Shown here in pieces: positions 1 through 9,688 of a stretch of 64,000 nt of DNA. Position 1 is the stretch's first letter. The number at the start of each line of letters is the position of its first letter. Under the pieces are notes generated by a model that saw nothing but the letters and a program-made list of their open reading frames with translations, made no database searches and had not been told where the DNA came from. The position numbers were made by a program, and so were the translations under genes. Origin of the DNA: a virus; IMG/VR virus record IMGVR_UViG_3300045988_144476; one strand, 5' to 3'.

Positions 1-190
1 GAATATAGTTATCTAGCAACATTCTAGCTATTTTACTTGAATGAGCTTTTGTAGCATCAGTTATATCTGTAGTAAACGAATATTCAATTTTTTGTAATTT
101 CTTTTTTAAATACATAGGTTTGCCAGAAACAGCAGTACCTAGTACATATCTTAATTCTTGTTTTTCTAATATTTTTTCAATGTTATCCAT
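1..190 (-). CDS. hypothetical protein, N-terminal part (gene continues past window start)
   Basis: ATG at 190-188 with GGAGTG SD 5 nt upstream; frame open to position 1 (MDNIEKILEKQELRYVLG...). Confidence 0.45.
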   Translation of the reverse strand, partial: MDNIEKILEKQELRYVLGTAVSGKPMYLKKKLQKIEYSFTTDITDATKAHSSKIARMLLDNYI

Positions 191-193
191 AAT

Positions 194-430
194 TCACTCC
201 AATGTATGATCAAGCCATTTTTGATAAAGGTTTTGAGTTTCTTCTTTAAGAAATATATAAACGGTAATATCTTTACCGTCTTTATCAACACTTGGATAAA
301 TGTCTACTGGATAAACGTTATGTTTTATATATAAATCCCTCTGTTTAGGATTTACAATTCGAATTACTTCGTCAGCTATATAAGGCCGATATCTTAAATT
401 CGGCTGTATAATATTATCTTTTTTATTCAT
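194..430 (-). CDS. hypothetical protein (78 aa)
   Basis: Frame of track ORF 194..502. Internal ATG at 430 preferred: it has a GGAGAACAGGGAAT SD and lies just downstream of terminator hairpin 457-485. Confidence 0.5.
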   Translation of the reverse strand: MNKKDNIIQPNLRYRPYIADEVIRIVNPKQRDLYIKHNVYPVDIYPSVDKDGKDITVYIFLKEETQNLYQKWLDHTLE

Positions 431-449
431 ATTCCCTGTTCTCCAAGGT

Positions 450-485
450 GAAAAAAGGGTATAACTCGAACGGTGAGTTATACCC
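450..485 (-). terminator. rho-independent terminator after gene 519..989
   Basis: Perfect 11-bp stem GGGTATAACTC/GAGTTATACCC (457-467/475-485), 7-nt loop, then a run of 6 T on the - strand (451-456). Confidence 0.85.
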
Positions 486-518
486 TTATAAAAAATCACC
501 ATTCAAAATTCAAATTAA

Positions 519-989
519 TTACTTCTTTTTTGTATACTTCATACGTTTAGGCTGCTTAACAGCAGTGTCACCCATAACCGGATGGTTAATAAAAGATTCA
601 TTTCGTGAAGACTTAATATCATCAGTATCAATTACCGGTGTTTCAACAATAGGATCAATTACTTCTTCAACTTTTTCTGTTGCCTGATGTTTAATTTCTT
701 TAACAACAGATTTTTTAGTAACAGTTTCTTCCATAATACTATTTATACAGTTTAAAGTACTTTCTTTAAATGAATGCTTATTAGACAAATCACATTTTGA
801 TAAAATATCTCTAGCCTTATCCTTTGTAATTTGCTTCATATTATAAGCAGATAAAGTATCAAATATATCTTTGCAATTTCTGCTACAGTAACAGATCATC
901 CAATATGGAAGATGATCAAATTCAGCACAATTATTGCAATATGTATATTTAGTTCCACATAGTATACAAGTTTTATTATTTTCTACCAT
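519..989 (-). CDS. Cys-rich zinc-finger-like protein, function unknown
   Basis: N-terminus CILCG..YCNNC..CYCSRNC cysteine clusters; lies in the virion-gene block. Confidence 0.55.
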   Translation of the reverse strand: MVENNKTCILCGTKYTYCNNCAEFDHLPYWMICYCSRNCKDIFDTLSAYNMKQITKDKARDILSKCDLSNKHSFKESTLNCINSIMEETVTKKSVVKEIKHQATEKVEEVIDPIVETPVIDTDDIKSSRNESFINHPVMGDTAVKQPKRMKYTKKK

Positions 990-1055
990 ATTTTTATACC
1001 GCCTCCTTAACTAAATTGGTATTTATATAGAATGGTATATAATATATTAATCCTG

Positions 1056-1094
1056 AATAAAAATGATAGAAGTGAGGTCAGGAAACCTCACTTC
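1056..1094 (-). terminator. second tandem terminator after gene 1185..2006
   Basis: 10-bp stem GAAGTGAGGT/ACCTCACTTC (1069-1078/1085-1094), followed on the - strand by TATCATTTTTATT. Confidence 0.7.
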
Positions 1095-1127
1095 TCAATC
1101 TGGGTCATGAGTCCAAATCTATCTATC

Positions 1128-1162
1128 ATAAAAAGCTTTATAAGCTATGACACTTATAAAGC
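1128..1162 (-). terminator. terminator immediately after gene 1185..2006
   Basis: 10-bp stem GCTTTATAAG/CTTATAAAGC (1135-1144/1153-1162), followed on the - strand by TTTTTAT. Confidence 0.7.
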
Positions 1163-1184
1163 CTGAAAAATTATAATTTAAGAA

Positions 1185-2006
1185 TTATTCTTCTTCTTCG
1201 TCATCCTCTGCATAGTAAATTTCATACAGTGCTTTTTCAGCAGAACAATAATTCATCTGGAGCACCCCGTTATATGGTAACTGACCATCAGTTGTCAGAG
1301 AAATCTCTAACTCAGGAGATACCTGGAATGATGGAATTACAATATAAGCTGCACGAAGTGTATCAACAGAACATGGATCTACAACAAGAGCTTTAAGAGT
1401 AAGTCTAACTGTAGATGGGAACTTATCACCTTTGTTGATAATTCTTGCACCTTTATCTTTTTCAATTTTTCTTTCATATTTAATAATGAATGTACCGCCT
1501 GCTACTTTTGGAAGTTTGATTTTTCCATTAGAATATACATATTCTGTTTCACTTGCATCAGTACCATCACCTTTTGTATAAGCCTTGCCGGATGTTCCAT
1601 TGTTAGAGAAATCGTTTACTCTAATAGATTCTGCAACAATATTTGCTGCCTTCTCAGCTGTACAAAGCTCAATCTCTGCTGTACCTTCTTTATTCTGATG
1701 AACAGTAACAATTTTTGGCATTGTAAGCTCGCCATCAGCACTTGTAACAGAACCTTCGCCTGCAGCAGCTGCTGCAATATTAAGGTTGATCATAGCATTA
1801 TTAGCTGTAAGTTCTCCGGATTTTGCTTTCCAGAAACGTTTAATAAGAGTACCCTGATTGTCAACAGCGTCTGTAGAATCAGCAGTAATATTGATAGATA
1901 CATCCTGAAGCTGTGTTAATGTATAGAGAAGGTTTTCGCCTTTAACATCTTCAGTGTAACCATACTGTACTCTATCAACAATAATGTCACCTAAATTAAA
2001 TCCCAT
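1185..2006 (-). CDS. abundant virion structural protein (candidate major tail protein)
   Basis: 273 aa with strong SD AAGGAGGAAAACA. Followed by two tandem terminators, suggesting high expression. Lies downstream of the head module. Acidic C-terminus DDEEEE. Function assigned from position only. Confidence 0.35.
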   Translation of the reverse strand: MGFNLGDIIVDRVQYGYTEDVKGENLLYTLTQLQDVSINITADSTDAVDNQGTLIKRFWKAKSGELTANNAMINLNIAAAAAGEGSVTSADGELTMPKIVTVHQNKEGTAEIELCTAEKAANIVAESIRVNDFSNNGTSGKAYTKGDGTDASETEYVYSNGKIKLPKVAGGTFIIKYERKIEKDKGARIINKGDKFPSTVRLTLKALVVDPCSVDTLRAAYIVIPSFQVSPELEISLTTDGQLPYNGVLQMNYCSAEKALYEIYYAEDDEEEE

Positions 2007-2075
2007 TATGTTTTCCTCCTTTAGAATTTTTAGAATTGTGTTTTAGATTTGTTCTTATAGAAATGTATAAAAAGA

Positions 2076-2870
2076 CTATTTTTTCTGAGAGAGATCTCTC
2101 ATGAAATTCAAGTCATCTTTATTAATTTTTGAAGCGTCAATAAATCCGCTGTAGATACCCTTTAATAAAGCCGTAGAAGATTCATAAATTTGGAGTCTTT
2201 GAACACTGTCCATAAATTCAACAATGCCAACCTCTTTTAATTCATTTTTCTTGTATTTAAAACCGGGATGATTCAGACATGAAGAAATGAGTGGAAGAAG
2301 AGTAGACTTATAAGTATCATTTTTATGAAGATCATAATTTTGTTGATCTTCCCAAATCAAAGCTTCTTTAGTAGCTTTACCTCGGGCTTTCTCAGTTTTG
2401 GGGAATATATTGAACATAGTTTTAAGATATAATGCCAGGATTTGATAAGTAGATTCATCAATTAGATAGTCCTGGTCATCATTATATAAATAGAAGAAAG
2501 GTTTATTTTCTTCATCAGTATTTTGATATAATTTAAATAATTGAAAATCCAAATCACCGAATAGTAATTTGGTTGAGTCCTGATCAAGACTCGTAGATAA
2601 CATACAGAATAAATCAAAATCAGAAAGTTTATTCCAATCAATACCCATTTTCCATAACTGCAATCTATACATAGTAGGATTAGCAACTAAGGTATTTACT
2701 GCAGAATATACTTTCTTTTCACCTTCATGAATAATATCACCTATAGTTGGTTGAAAAATAACTATATCGTTTGCAGGTTCAGAAGGAATACTAAAAGGTT
2801 CTCCAAAATATAATTGAAGAGCATCAACCTCAAATTCTGAAGTTGTCATACCTATTGTTCCTTCCAGCAT
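2076..2870 (-). CDS. hypothetical virion-module protein
   Basis: 264-aa ORF overlapping the end of the upstream gene. Start ambiguous: M1 at 2870 or M8 at 2849. Confidence 0.55.
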   Translation of the reverse strand: MLEGTIGMTTSEFEVDALQLYFGEPFSIPSEPANDIVIFQPTIGDIIHEGEKKVYSAVNTLVANPTMYRLQLWKMGIDWNKLSDFDLFCMLSTSLDQDSTKLLFGDLDFQLFKLYQNTDEENKPFFYLYNDDQDYLIDESTYQILALYLKTMFNIFPKTEKARGKATKEALIWEDQQNYDLHKNDTYKSTLLPLISSCLNHPGFKYKKNELKEVGIVEFMDSVQRLQIYESSTALLKGIYSGFIDASKINKDDLNFMRDLSQKK

Positions 2871-3438
2871 AAATATTATTTGGACATTCGATCTTAAATT
2901 TTAGAGTTCTACAATAATATCGTGTATCAACAATATCACCATAATCAGCAATACATTTAAGCTGTTTACCAAATGCATTGGTCCAACATAATAGATCCTT
3001 AACAATATAACTTAATAAATCAGCTCTCATAATTCCATATTCTGTTTCAACATCATCTTCATGGACTAAGCACATAACTTCTACAATCTGATTTTTAATA
3101 GATTCATTAGTATCAGATACATTATAATCATTAATGTCGTACATAATAAAATTAAGGACTTCTTTATTGATACCATTCAATTTTAACATTGGAATGATTT
3201 GTTTCTTGTCAATTCTTTTATTATATTCTAAAATTAGATTTCGTTCCTCTAATTCCTGAGTAGTAGGATGTTCTTTATCTGCAAATTTATTTAAAGGCCG
3301 CTTATCCTTTTTGCCTAAAATTTCATTCAGGTCAGGATCCGCCTCAAATATCTCTTGAAGCTTATTTTTTTTATAAATAATATCATTATTTTTTTTATCT
3401 TCAAGATCTCTTTTAATATTAGAAATATCTCTAATCAT
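2830..3438 (-). CDS. hypothetical virion-module protein
   Basis: Track ORF 2830..3516 trimmed to the ATG at 3438, which overlaps the upstream stop (ATGATTAG coupling). Confidence 0.55.
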   Translation of the reverse strand: MIRDISNIKRDLEDKKNNDIIYKKNKLQEIFEADPDLNEILGKKDKRPLNKFADKEHPTTQELEERNLILEYNKRIDKKQIIPMLKLNGINKEVLNFIMYDINDYNVSDTNESIKNQIVEVMCLVHEDDVETEYGIMRADLLSYIVKDLLCWTNAFGKQLKCIADYGDIVDTRYYCRTLKFKIECPNNIYAGRNNRYDNFRI

Positions 3439-4636
3439 CGTCAACCACCTCCAGTATAATAGATGACATGTTGTCACCGTTATTGTCAGTGGCAGTAAGA
3501 GTAAATCGTTTACCAATTAAACTCTTAGCTTTTCCAGGTTTAATAGATATAGAAACATTATCCAATACAGTAATTTTCATTAACCCATTATAATAGGAAG
3601 TTTCTCTTTCAGTATACTCATTATTTTTATCAATTATATGCAAATTCCATTCTGATTTCATATCAGAATAAGGAAGGGTATATTCAAAATATGAGTTCTT
3701 TCCTATATATAATGCTTGTCGTGATTTATCAATTAAAGGTTCTAATTCACCATCATCATTCAATGTCATCCATTGAATATGAGAATCAGTTTTCATCATT
3801 TGTGGATGTTGAGTTGTTTCTGTTTTTTGATCTCCGGAATCAGTGTAATAATCACAAATACGAAGTTGTACATTATCTGTTTTATTATTTAATTCATCCT
3901 GTTTGATGGATAATTTAATAATTCCAGATGGATTCAAATCAATAACTTTTGTTACCTGATATACCTTTGGGTCCAAAATATTATTTGTGAGCATAAAACG
4001 CTGTTCATGCATAATAGTCCTGGTATCACCAAGATTAAGAGTATACATATCATTTCCGTATGCATAATATAAATCTGGCACCCAAGCAGCTGTCAGGTTA
4101 TCAAGACTGGATGAAATTTCGTCAGTCCATTTACCACTTGTATATGAGTTAGCTGATCTATTCGCACCCCAACAGGAGTACAGTTCATTTTTATAAATCC
4201 ATTGAAATTTCCAATTACATTTTAAAATATTATATCTAACATAAGCAGCAGCGTCATCTCTAGCAACAATAAACCATAACTGTGTTATACGTTCATCTGG
4301 AAGAGAGAATGGATCATCAAGTTCGTGCCCGGATATATTAATATCAAAGTCAGTATCATCAGGAACAAATACATAACTTCCTATTGGATAATGAACTTTA
4401 GGCCGAAATTGTAGATAATAATCCACTGCGTCTTTAAGAATGGATAGTTTGGCATGTCTCGAATAATGAGCATCTTCCCATTTCCATCCATCACGAGTTA
4501 ATATATAAACTCTTTTATATTGAGCATCAGCAGTAAAAGTAGAATTAATCACTCGATCAGATTGAGTTCTTTTAATTTGTGATAAATTACTGCCTTGTGC
4601 CAATAAGTGATTTTTGTACATCTCAGCAGTAACCAT
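3431..4636 (-). CDS. hypothetical virion-module protein (401 aa)
   Basis: Long ORF in the co-directional head-to-tail block; no motif recognised. Confidence 0.6.
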   Translation of the reverse strand: MVTAEMYKNHLLAQGSNLSQIKRTQSDRVINSTFTADAQYKRVYILTRDGWKWEDAHYSRHAKLSILKDAVDYYLQFRPKVHYPIGSYVFVPDDTDFDINISGHELDDPFSLPDERITQLWFIVARDDAAAYVRYNILKCNWKFQWIYKNELYSCWGANRSANSYTSGKWTDEISSSLDNLTAAWVPDLYYAYGNDMYTLNLGDTRTIMHEQRFMLTNNILDPKVYQVTKVIDLNPSGIIKLSIKQDELNNKTDNVQLRICDYYTDSGDQKTETTQHPQMMKTDSHIQWMTLNDDGELEPLIDKSRQALYIGKNSYFEYTLPYSDMKSEWNLHIIDKNNEYTERETSYYNGLMKITVLDNVSISIKPGKAKSLIGKRFTLTATDNNGDNMSSIILEVVDDD

Positions 4637-4640
4637 AAAA

Positions 4641-4979
4641 TCAACCCCTATCAGTATTAATTTTATCTACTTCGTGATGAGCATCTAATATCAATTTTCT
4701 GTAAGATTGATAATCAAAATCATTTCCATTTCTGGATTCATCCCATGCTGCCTGTAACAAACTCATAATAGTAATAATCTCTACAGGATAGGAGAGTATT
4801 TCATTTAATCCATCAATCCGCAACATCAAATTAATAAAATATTTGTCAAAATCAACATTTTTAAATTTATCTTTTGTTTCCGGATCCTTATATAAAAGTA
4901 ACCAGAACATATCTTTGTGCAATTTCTTTTTATAGTATTCAAACTGTTGATCATCAAAATGTCCGTATATCGTATCCAT
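4641..4979 (-). CDS. hypothetical protein (head-tail joining region by position)
   Basis: 112-aa ORF, 4 nt from the next gene; start overlaps the upstream stop. Confidence 0.5.
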   Translation of the reverse strand: MDTIYGHFDDQQFEYYKKKLHKDMFWLLLYKDPETKDKFKNVDFDKYFINLMLRIDGLNEILSYPVEIITIMSLLQAAWDESRNGNDFDYQSYRKLILDAHHEVDKINTDRG

Positions 4980-5443
4980 TATGATTCACCGTCCAAATAA
5001 CTATTCCATATATAACCTCTGTCTCTGATAATGTTTCTTTGCTCTCTAATAAGACTATCTTTTAAGCTCATAAGAGTATTTAAGTGAGCGGCCTGTGAGT
5101 AATATTTTTCCTCAGAAGAACCATATACCTGAACAATATTATTTAAATTATTGATTTTAGGAGTAATCCATTCAATAACTAAACCAATACCAACTACATC
5201 AGTAATTAATTCTTTGTCAAAATCATCATTTACTGAATATTTCATAGTAAAATCAAATTGCTGAATTTCATCATGAAATTTTGTATTGGTAAATAATCTG
5301 TAAATATAGGGCTTATGAATTGCAGAATGCATCCAATCACACAAAAATGCATTTACATCATCATCTCTGAAATCTAATAAATCATAAGCAGAGGCTTTTA
5401 AACGAAACTTAGAATAAATCTCTTCATAATCTAGTGAAGGCAT
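4979..5443 (-). CDS. hypothetical protein (head-tail joining region by position)
   Basis: 154-aa ORF in the packed array downstream of the capsid genes. Confidence 0.5.
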   Translation of the reverse strand: MPSLDYEEIYSKFRLKASAYDLLDFRDDDVNAFLCDWMHSAIHKPYIYRLFTNTKFHDEIQQFDFTMKYSVNDDFDKELITDVVGIGLVIEWITPKINNLNNIVQVYGSSEEKYYSQAAHLNTLMSLKDSLIREQRNIIRDRGYIWNSYLDGES

Positions 5444-5461
5444 AAAACACCTCCAAACTAA

Positions 5462-6034
5462 TTAGTTGAATAATCCAGTCATAACAGTCATATCTGTATC
5501 AAAGATTTCGTCAAGAATTTTAATTTTCTTTACACTGTCAAGTCGTCCATCACTAACCATTTTTGATGCAAGATGACTAATAGAAGTTTGTGCACCTTCT
5601 GGAAGTGAGAGAATAGTAGCTTTCATACTTGTAGGATCAAGATCAAGAATAACATCTTCAAGTTCCCCTACAGAGTATAGAGAATCATAAAGTTTCTTAA
5701 TCTGAGGATAATGTTCAATAACACCTGAATCTTCGATAACAAAAAGAGGACGCATTACATATCCGTTATTTGAACGAATAGCTGCCATTAAATCCTGGTA
5801 TTCAACTTCTACAACATCACCGGAATCAACCCATGTGTATAGAATATTTGATTTAAGACCTGGCATATAAAGTCCTCCCTGTGTAATTGATTTACATGGG
5901 ATTCCATCATTTGCTCCATAAGTTTTAGTAACTTTCTTTTCTTCTTTAACTTCAACAGTTCCTTTTTCTTCAACAGCAGATTCTGTTTTAACTGGTTCTA
6001 TCTTTGTATTTTTAGTTTTCATAGCAGTAGCCAT
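5462..6034 (-). CDS. hypothetical protein, Lys/Glu-rich N-terminus
   Basis: Track ORF 5462..6055 starts at TTG. The ATG at 6034 has AAAAGGAGAAATACA upstream and is preferred. Confidence 0.55.
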   Translation of the reverse strand: MATAMKTKNTKIEPVKTESAVEEKGTVEVKEEKKVTKTYGANDGIPCKSITQGGLYMPGLKSNILYTWVDSGDVVEVEYQDLMAAIRSNNGYVMRPLFVIEDSGVIEHYPQIKKLYDSLYSVGELEDVILDLDPTSMKATILSLPEGAQTSISHLASKMVSDGRLDSVKKIKILDEIFDTDMTVMTGLFN

Positions 6035-6052
6035 TGTATTTCTCCTTTTATT

Positions 6053-6085
6053 CAAAAGCAGTATGCCAATTAAGACATACTGCTT
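6053..6085 (-). terminator. terminator-like hairpin after capsid gene
   Basis: 10-bp stem AAGCAGTATG/CATACTGCTT (6056-6065/6076-6085), followed on the - strand by TTTTG. Confidence 0.55.
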
Positions 6086-6134
6086 ATTTTATATAAGTTT
6101 ATTTAGACTAACTTAAAGCCTTAAAAAATAAGAT

Positions 6135-7271
6135 TTAAGCAAGCTCCCAGGTACCGAAGTATCTTCCGAGCTGAACACCTACACCCATGCTTCTCTGTAC
6201 TTCGTATTTCATTGTATCATCCATACGTGCACCAATTTCATTCACTTCATAGATTTCAGTTTCACCTACATCTACAAATTTAATGAATTTATCTTCAACC
6301 TGTGGCATAATGAACAGTTTCTTAGGATCAAGAAGTTTCTTAGTTGTATCATTCAGGGCAAATCTCTGTGGAAGTTCAAACAGAGTATATGGACCATAAT
6401 ATCCAAGTCTACCTGTAGTAGCAACATCTCTCTTCTGATCGTCAGAAATCCAATTAACATCAATCAGTTTCTGGAACTGAGCAAGACCAGTTCTTGTACC
6501 CATAATTACAACCTGAGCACCATCGTTAGCCATAGATACATCTTCAAGCAGATCATCAAGTTTTTCTTTTGTTTCGGCAGAAAGAGCACCTGTTCCCTGG
6601 AACTGAGCTGGAAGTTTCTTTCCGGCATTCATCATTTCAGCATAGATATCATTCTGAATTTTTCTTACGAAAGCAGCAGCGCACTGGTCTGTAAGTTTAG
6701 CCCAATCATATCTTCCTGCAAGATACATATCAATATCTGCACCAACAGCAATACCATATACAGATGTTGTTACTGTGTAGCTTTCTCCAGAACCAAGTCT
6801 CTGAAGGGTGAAATCATGATGGTCACCAGCTATTTTAGCAACTGACAGAATAACTTTATCGTCTGTCCAGAATTCCTGACGATCTCCACGAGCAAGATTT
6901 CTTGTTTCCACATAGTTATTAAAAAACTCTGATTCTTTAAAACCGGTTTCAACTTTAATATCGATTTCATCTTCCATAACTTCAAACAGTTCATTATGAT
7001 GTTTCTTCATTGCACGATTTCTATCACGTTTAGAAGAATTTTCATTCAGTCCCATAATTGCAAATACAAATTTACGAACTGCACTTTCAGCATCTTTCTT
7101 AGAGATTCTATTCCCTTCCTCGTCAAAAATTTCATTAGGATTATGATTTAACTCATATGTAAGTCTTTTAAATCCTTCATAATTTTCTTCCGGTGTAACA
7201 CCATCTTCGCACAGATTTGCGAATACTTCTTTTGTATAATTACTTAAGTCATTAAAATAAATTTTTCTCAT
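6135..7271 (-). CDS. candidate major capsid protein
   Basis: 378 aa with SD GGAAGGGGTGA. Fits the order TerL-portal-scaffold-small protein-this gene, and is followed by a terminator hairpin. Assigned by synteny only. Confidence 0.5.
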   Translation of the reverse strand: MRKIYFNDLSNYTKEVFANLCEDGVTPEENYEGFKRLTYELNHNPNEIFDEEGNRISKKDAESAVRKFVFAIMGLNENSSKRDRNRAMKKHHNELFEVMEDEIDIKVETGFKESEFFNNYVETRNLARGDRQEFWTDDKVILSVAKIAGDHHDFTLQRLGSGESYTVTTSVYGIAVGADIDMYLAGRYDWAKLTDQCAAAFVRKIQNDIYAEMMNAGKKLPAQFQGTGALSAETKEKLDDLLEDVSMANDGAQVVIMGTRTGLAQFQKLIDVNWISDDQKRDVATTGRLGYYGPYTLFELPQRFALNDTTKKLLDPKKLFIMPQVEDKFIKFVDVGETEIYEVNEIGARMDDTMKYEVQRSMGVGVQLGRYFGTWELA

Positions 7272-7289
7272 TATCTATTCACCCCTTCC

Positions 7290-7766
7290 TTACGCTGTTT
7301 CAACTTTCAGCTTTTTAGAAACGCTGTCGTAAGTTACTTTCTTACCTACGGCAAGTTCTTCACCTGTAAATCCTTCTGCGGATAATTCGAAAACATCATG
7401 TTTTGCAAGTTCATATCCTCTAACAACATCACCTTTTGCATTATAGAAGTTGGATTCTTTCTTAAATCTGTTTGTCCAATCTTCAGCAATGAATGCCTGC
7501 ATATAAACAAGAAGTGCATCGCCTGGATCAACAACCTCTACATACCAATGTCCATTGGCAGCCTGTTTCTGAATTTTACCTTCGAATGTAGTTGGAGCAG
7601 CTTCTGTATATCTGTCAAGGTCTTCAAATTCGCCTGCAGCTACGAGTGTTCCGTTATCTGTATCATTTTTTAATGTGATATTTAAAATATGTTTTCCACC
7701 ATTCTGTGCAAGAAGTTTAGAAGGAAAACAAATTGCGTGAGTATCTATAGAATACTTAATTGCCAT
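7290..7766 (-). CDS. hypothetical head-module protein (158 aa)
   Basis: SD GAAAGGAGC; sits between the scaffold-like and capsid candidates. Confidence 0.55.
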   Translation of the reverse strand: MAIKYSIDTHAICFPSKLLAQNGGKHILNITLKNDTDNGTLVAAGEFEDLDRYTEAAPTTFEGKIQKQAANGHWYVEVVDPGDALLVYMQAFIAEDWTNRFKKESNFYNAKGDVVRGYELAKHDVFELSAEGFTGEELAVGKKVTYDSVSKKLKVETA

Positions 7767-7803
7767 GCTTTTTAGCTCCTTTCATATTTTTAGACATAAA
7801 AAT

Positions 7804-7824
7804 AAGATCAGAATCTCTGATCTC
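7804..7824 (-). terminator. hairpin after scaffold-like gene
   Basis: GAGATCAGA/TCTGATCTT stem around a 3-nt loop, followed on the - strand by ATTTTAT. Confidence 0.45.
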
Positions 7825-7876
7825 AAATAAATAAAGTTAAATATAACTAACTAGACAATATAAAAATAATTAATAT

Positions 7877-9448
7877 TTATTTAGCAGAAAATAAAGAACC
7901 GAATTTGTTCTTTTTCTGTGTAGATTTAACATTTGCAAGACCAACTTTAGCAGCTGGTTTCTTTGTATCCACTGGTTCTTCAACTACAGCAAAATTAAGT
8001 TTTCCGGCTTTTGCATAAGATAGAAGAATTCCATCTAATTTTTCTTTTAGCTCATCGACTGTGAATTCTTTATGATCGTTCATAAGAGTAGTAAATTCTT
8101 CGGTTTCTTTAATTCCTTTGTAGTCGTCCATTGCAAATAAAGCATCTTTGTTTGCGTCTTCTTCAGCTTTTTCATATTTCTGCAATTTTTCAGAAATAGC
8201 AGCGTAGTTAGAACGCATATTCTGAAGTTCTGTATATTCAGAATCTGTTAAAAGCTCACGATGAAGATTATATCTTTCACCATCAAAAGCAACGTTATCA
8301 CCGTCTTTTGTATAATTCTGTCCGTAGATTTTATCTCCATCCCAGTTTTCATATGTAAAATGTGAATCATAAACTGAATTAATAAAATACCATTCATTAT
8401 CTGATTCTTCATAAGCACTTAAAAGATTGTAAAGTGCATAACGAATATCGCTATGAGACAATTCAAAAGATTTTACAAAGTTTTCTGGTTCCGGATCTGA
8501 TGCTGGATCAGCGGCCGGTTCTGGATCGTTTTCTTCGAATGCTTCAGCAAAAGCAGATTCCAGTTCTTCATCTGAAAGATCTTTATATTCAAAAGTAATA
8601 TCTTCTACGGTTTTACCGTATTTCTGTAAAAGTTCCTCAAATTTATTCACCTGATTCTCCTCCTTTCCTTCAGCATTATTTATATTGAAATTAGAGAGAG
8701 TAGTATTAATTTTCTCCAATGTTTCAACCAATTTAGAGTTAATATCAAAATCTGCATACATAGAATTTGTCTTAGAATTAAAATCAGCAAGCTGAACATT
8801 ACTTCCTGCCATACCTGGACCAACATTTTCATTTAAAAGAGTTAGTCCACCAACATAATAATCATCAAGGTTCAATACTTTGTCTTTGGCATTAAAAGAT
8901 AATTCTCGTATGCTTAATTCAACACTACAATCAACTTTTTCTCTACGTTCCATGATATCAACGGCATCCTGGCAATATCCTTCCCATAGATAACCTTGTA
9001 TCATCGCTCTGTTGACTCCAGCTTCTTTATCATATTCAATAGAGTAATCTTTTTTTATTACACCAACCGGACGTTCCTGATAAATGAATTTCTCATTTCC
9101 GTCATCATCTGTTTCTACTGTAAAATCATGAGAACCAAAATCTTTATTTCCATCAGCATTTTCAACAATATTAGCTAAAATTGGTCTGTATGGAATTGAT
9201 TGAGTATTTTCTTCGAAAACATCTTCTTCTATATTAGATTTATTTAAATTTACATGATCATGATAAGCAGCAGCAACAAATGGTTTCAATCCTTCAGTAT
9301 GTTTATTATCATCAGATTTTCCAAACGTAGCGACTGCAGGCATCTGTACACAAATTTCGGCATTTGATTCTTTACTACTAAATTTCGCAAAATTATTTTG
9401 TATACAAAATTCGATTAAATCATCAATAGTTAAATATTTCTTAACCAT
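7877..9448 (-). CDS. candidate scaffolding protein (possibly fused to an N-terminal maturation domain)
   Basis: 523 aa; the C-terminal half is acidic and coiled-coil-like (EELESAFAEAFEENDPEPAADP..). Lies between the portal and capsid candidates. SD GAAAGGAGGAGC. Confidence 0.4.
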   Translation of the reverse strand: MVKKYLTIDDLIEFCIQNNFAKFSSKESNAEICVQMPAVATFGKSDDNKHTEGLKPFVAAAYHDHVNLNKSNIEEDVFEENTQSIPYRPILANIVENADGNKDFGSHDFTVETDDDGNEKFIYQERPVGVIKKDYSIEYDKEAGVNRAMIQGYLWEGYCQDAVDIMERREKVDCSVELSIRELSFNAKDKVLNLDDYYVGGLTLLNENVGPGMAGSNVQLADFNSKTNSMYADFDINSKLVETLEKINTTLSNFNINNAEGKEENQVNKFEELLQKYGKTVEDITFEYKDLSDEELESAFAEAFEENDPEPAADPASDPEPENFVKSFELSHSDIRYALYNLLSAYEESDNEWYFINSVYDSHFTYENWDGDKIYGQNYTKDGDNVAFDGERYNLHRELLTDSEYTELQNMRSNYAAISEKLQKYEKAEEDANKDALFAMDDYKGIKETEEFTTLMNDHKEFTVDELKEKLDGILLSYAKAGKLNFAVVEEPVDTKKPAAKVGLANVKSTQKKNKFGSLFSAK

Positions 9449-9464
9449 AGCTCCTCCTTTCTTT

Positions 9465-9497
9465 GAATATAAAAATACTCCTCAAATAAAAGAGGAG
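9465..9497 (-). terminator. terminator-like hairpin
   Basis: CTCCTC/GAGGAG stem (9478-9483/9492-9497), followed on the - strand by GTATTTTTATATT. Confidence 0.45.
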
Positions 9498-9500
9498 CAG

Positions 9501-9680
9501 CTAAATACATAATGTATTTGTATAGACAAGATCACTTAAATTATTAAAAAGCATCTTACCATCATTTAAAAAAGTCCACTGTGTTCCAGACTGATTTACT
9601 AATTTAAATCCTGTCTTTAGTAATAAATCAGCAGACTCGTCATTATTTGTTATAATAAATTTTGCTTCATTATTTATCAT
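9501..9680 (-). CDS. small hypothetical protein (59 aa, below the ORF-track cutoff)
   Basis: ATG at 9680 with GGTGAG SD; MINNEAKFIITNNDES...; fills the gap between portal and scaffold. Confidence 0.45.
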   Translation of the reverse strand: MINNEAKFIITNNDESADLLLKTGFKLVNQSGTQWTFLNDGKMLFNNLSDLVYTNTLCI

Positions 9681-9688
9681 GTTCTCAC

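Noticed and set aside
7877-9448. Calling the N-terminal half of the 523-aa protein a prohead protease
   Set aside because: I could not recognise catalytic His/Ser (or other) protease motifs by eye. Only the scaffold-like acidic coiled-coil half is supported, so the protease idea is left as a possibility.
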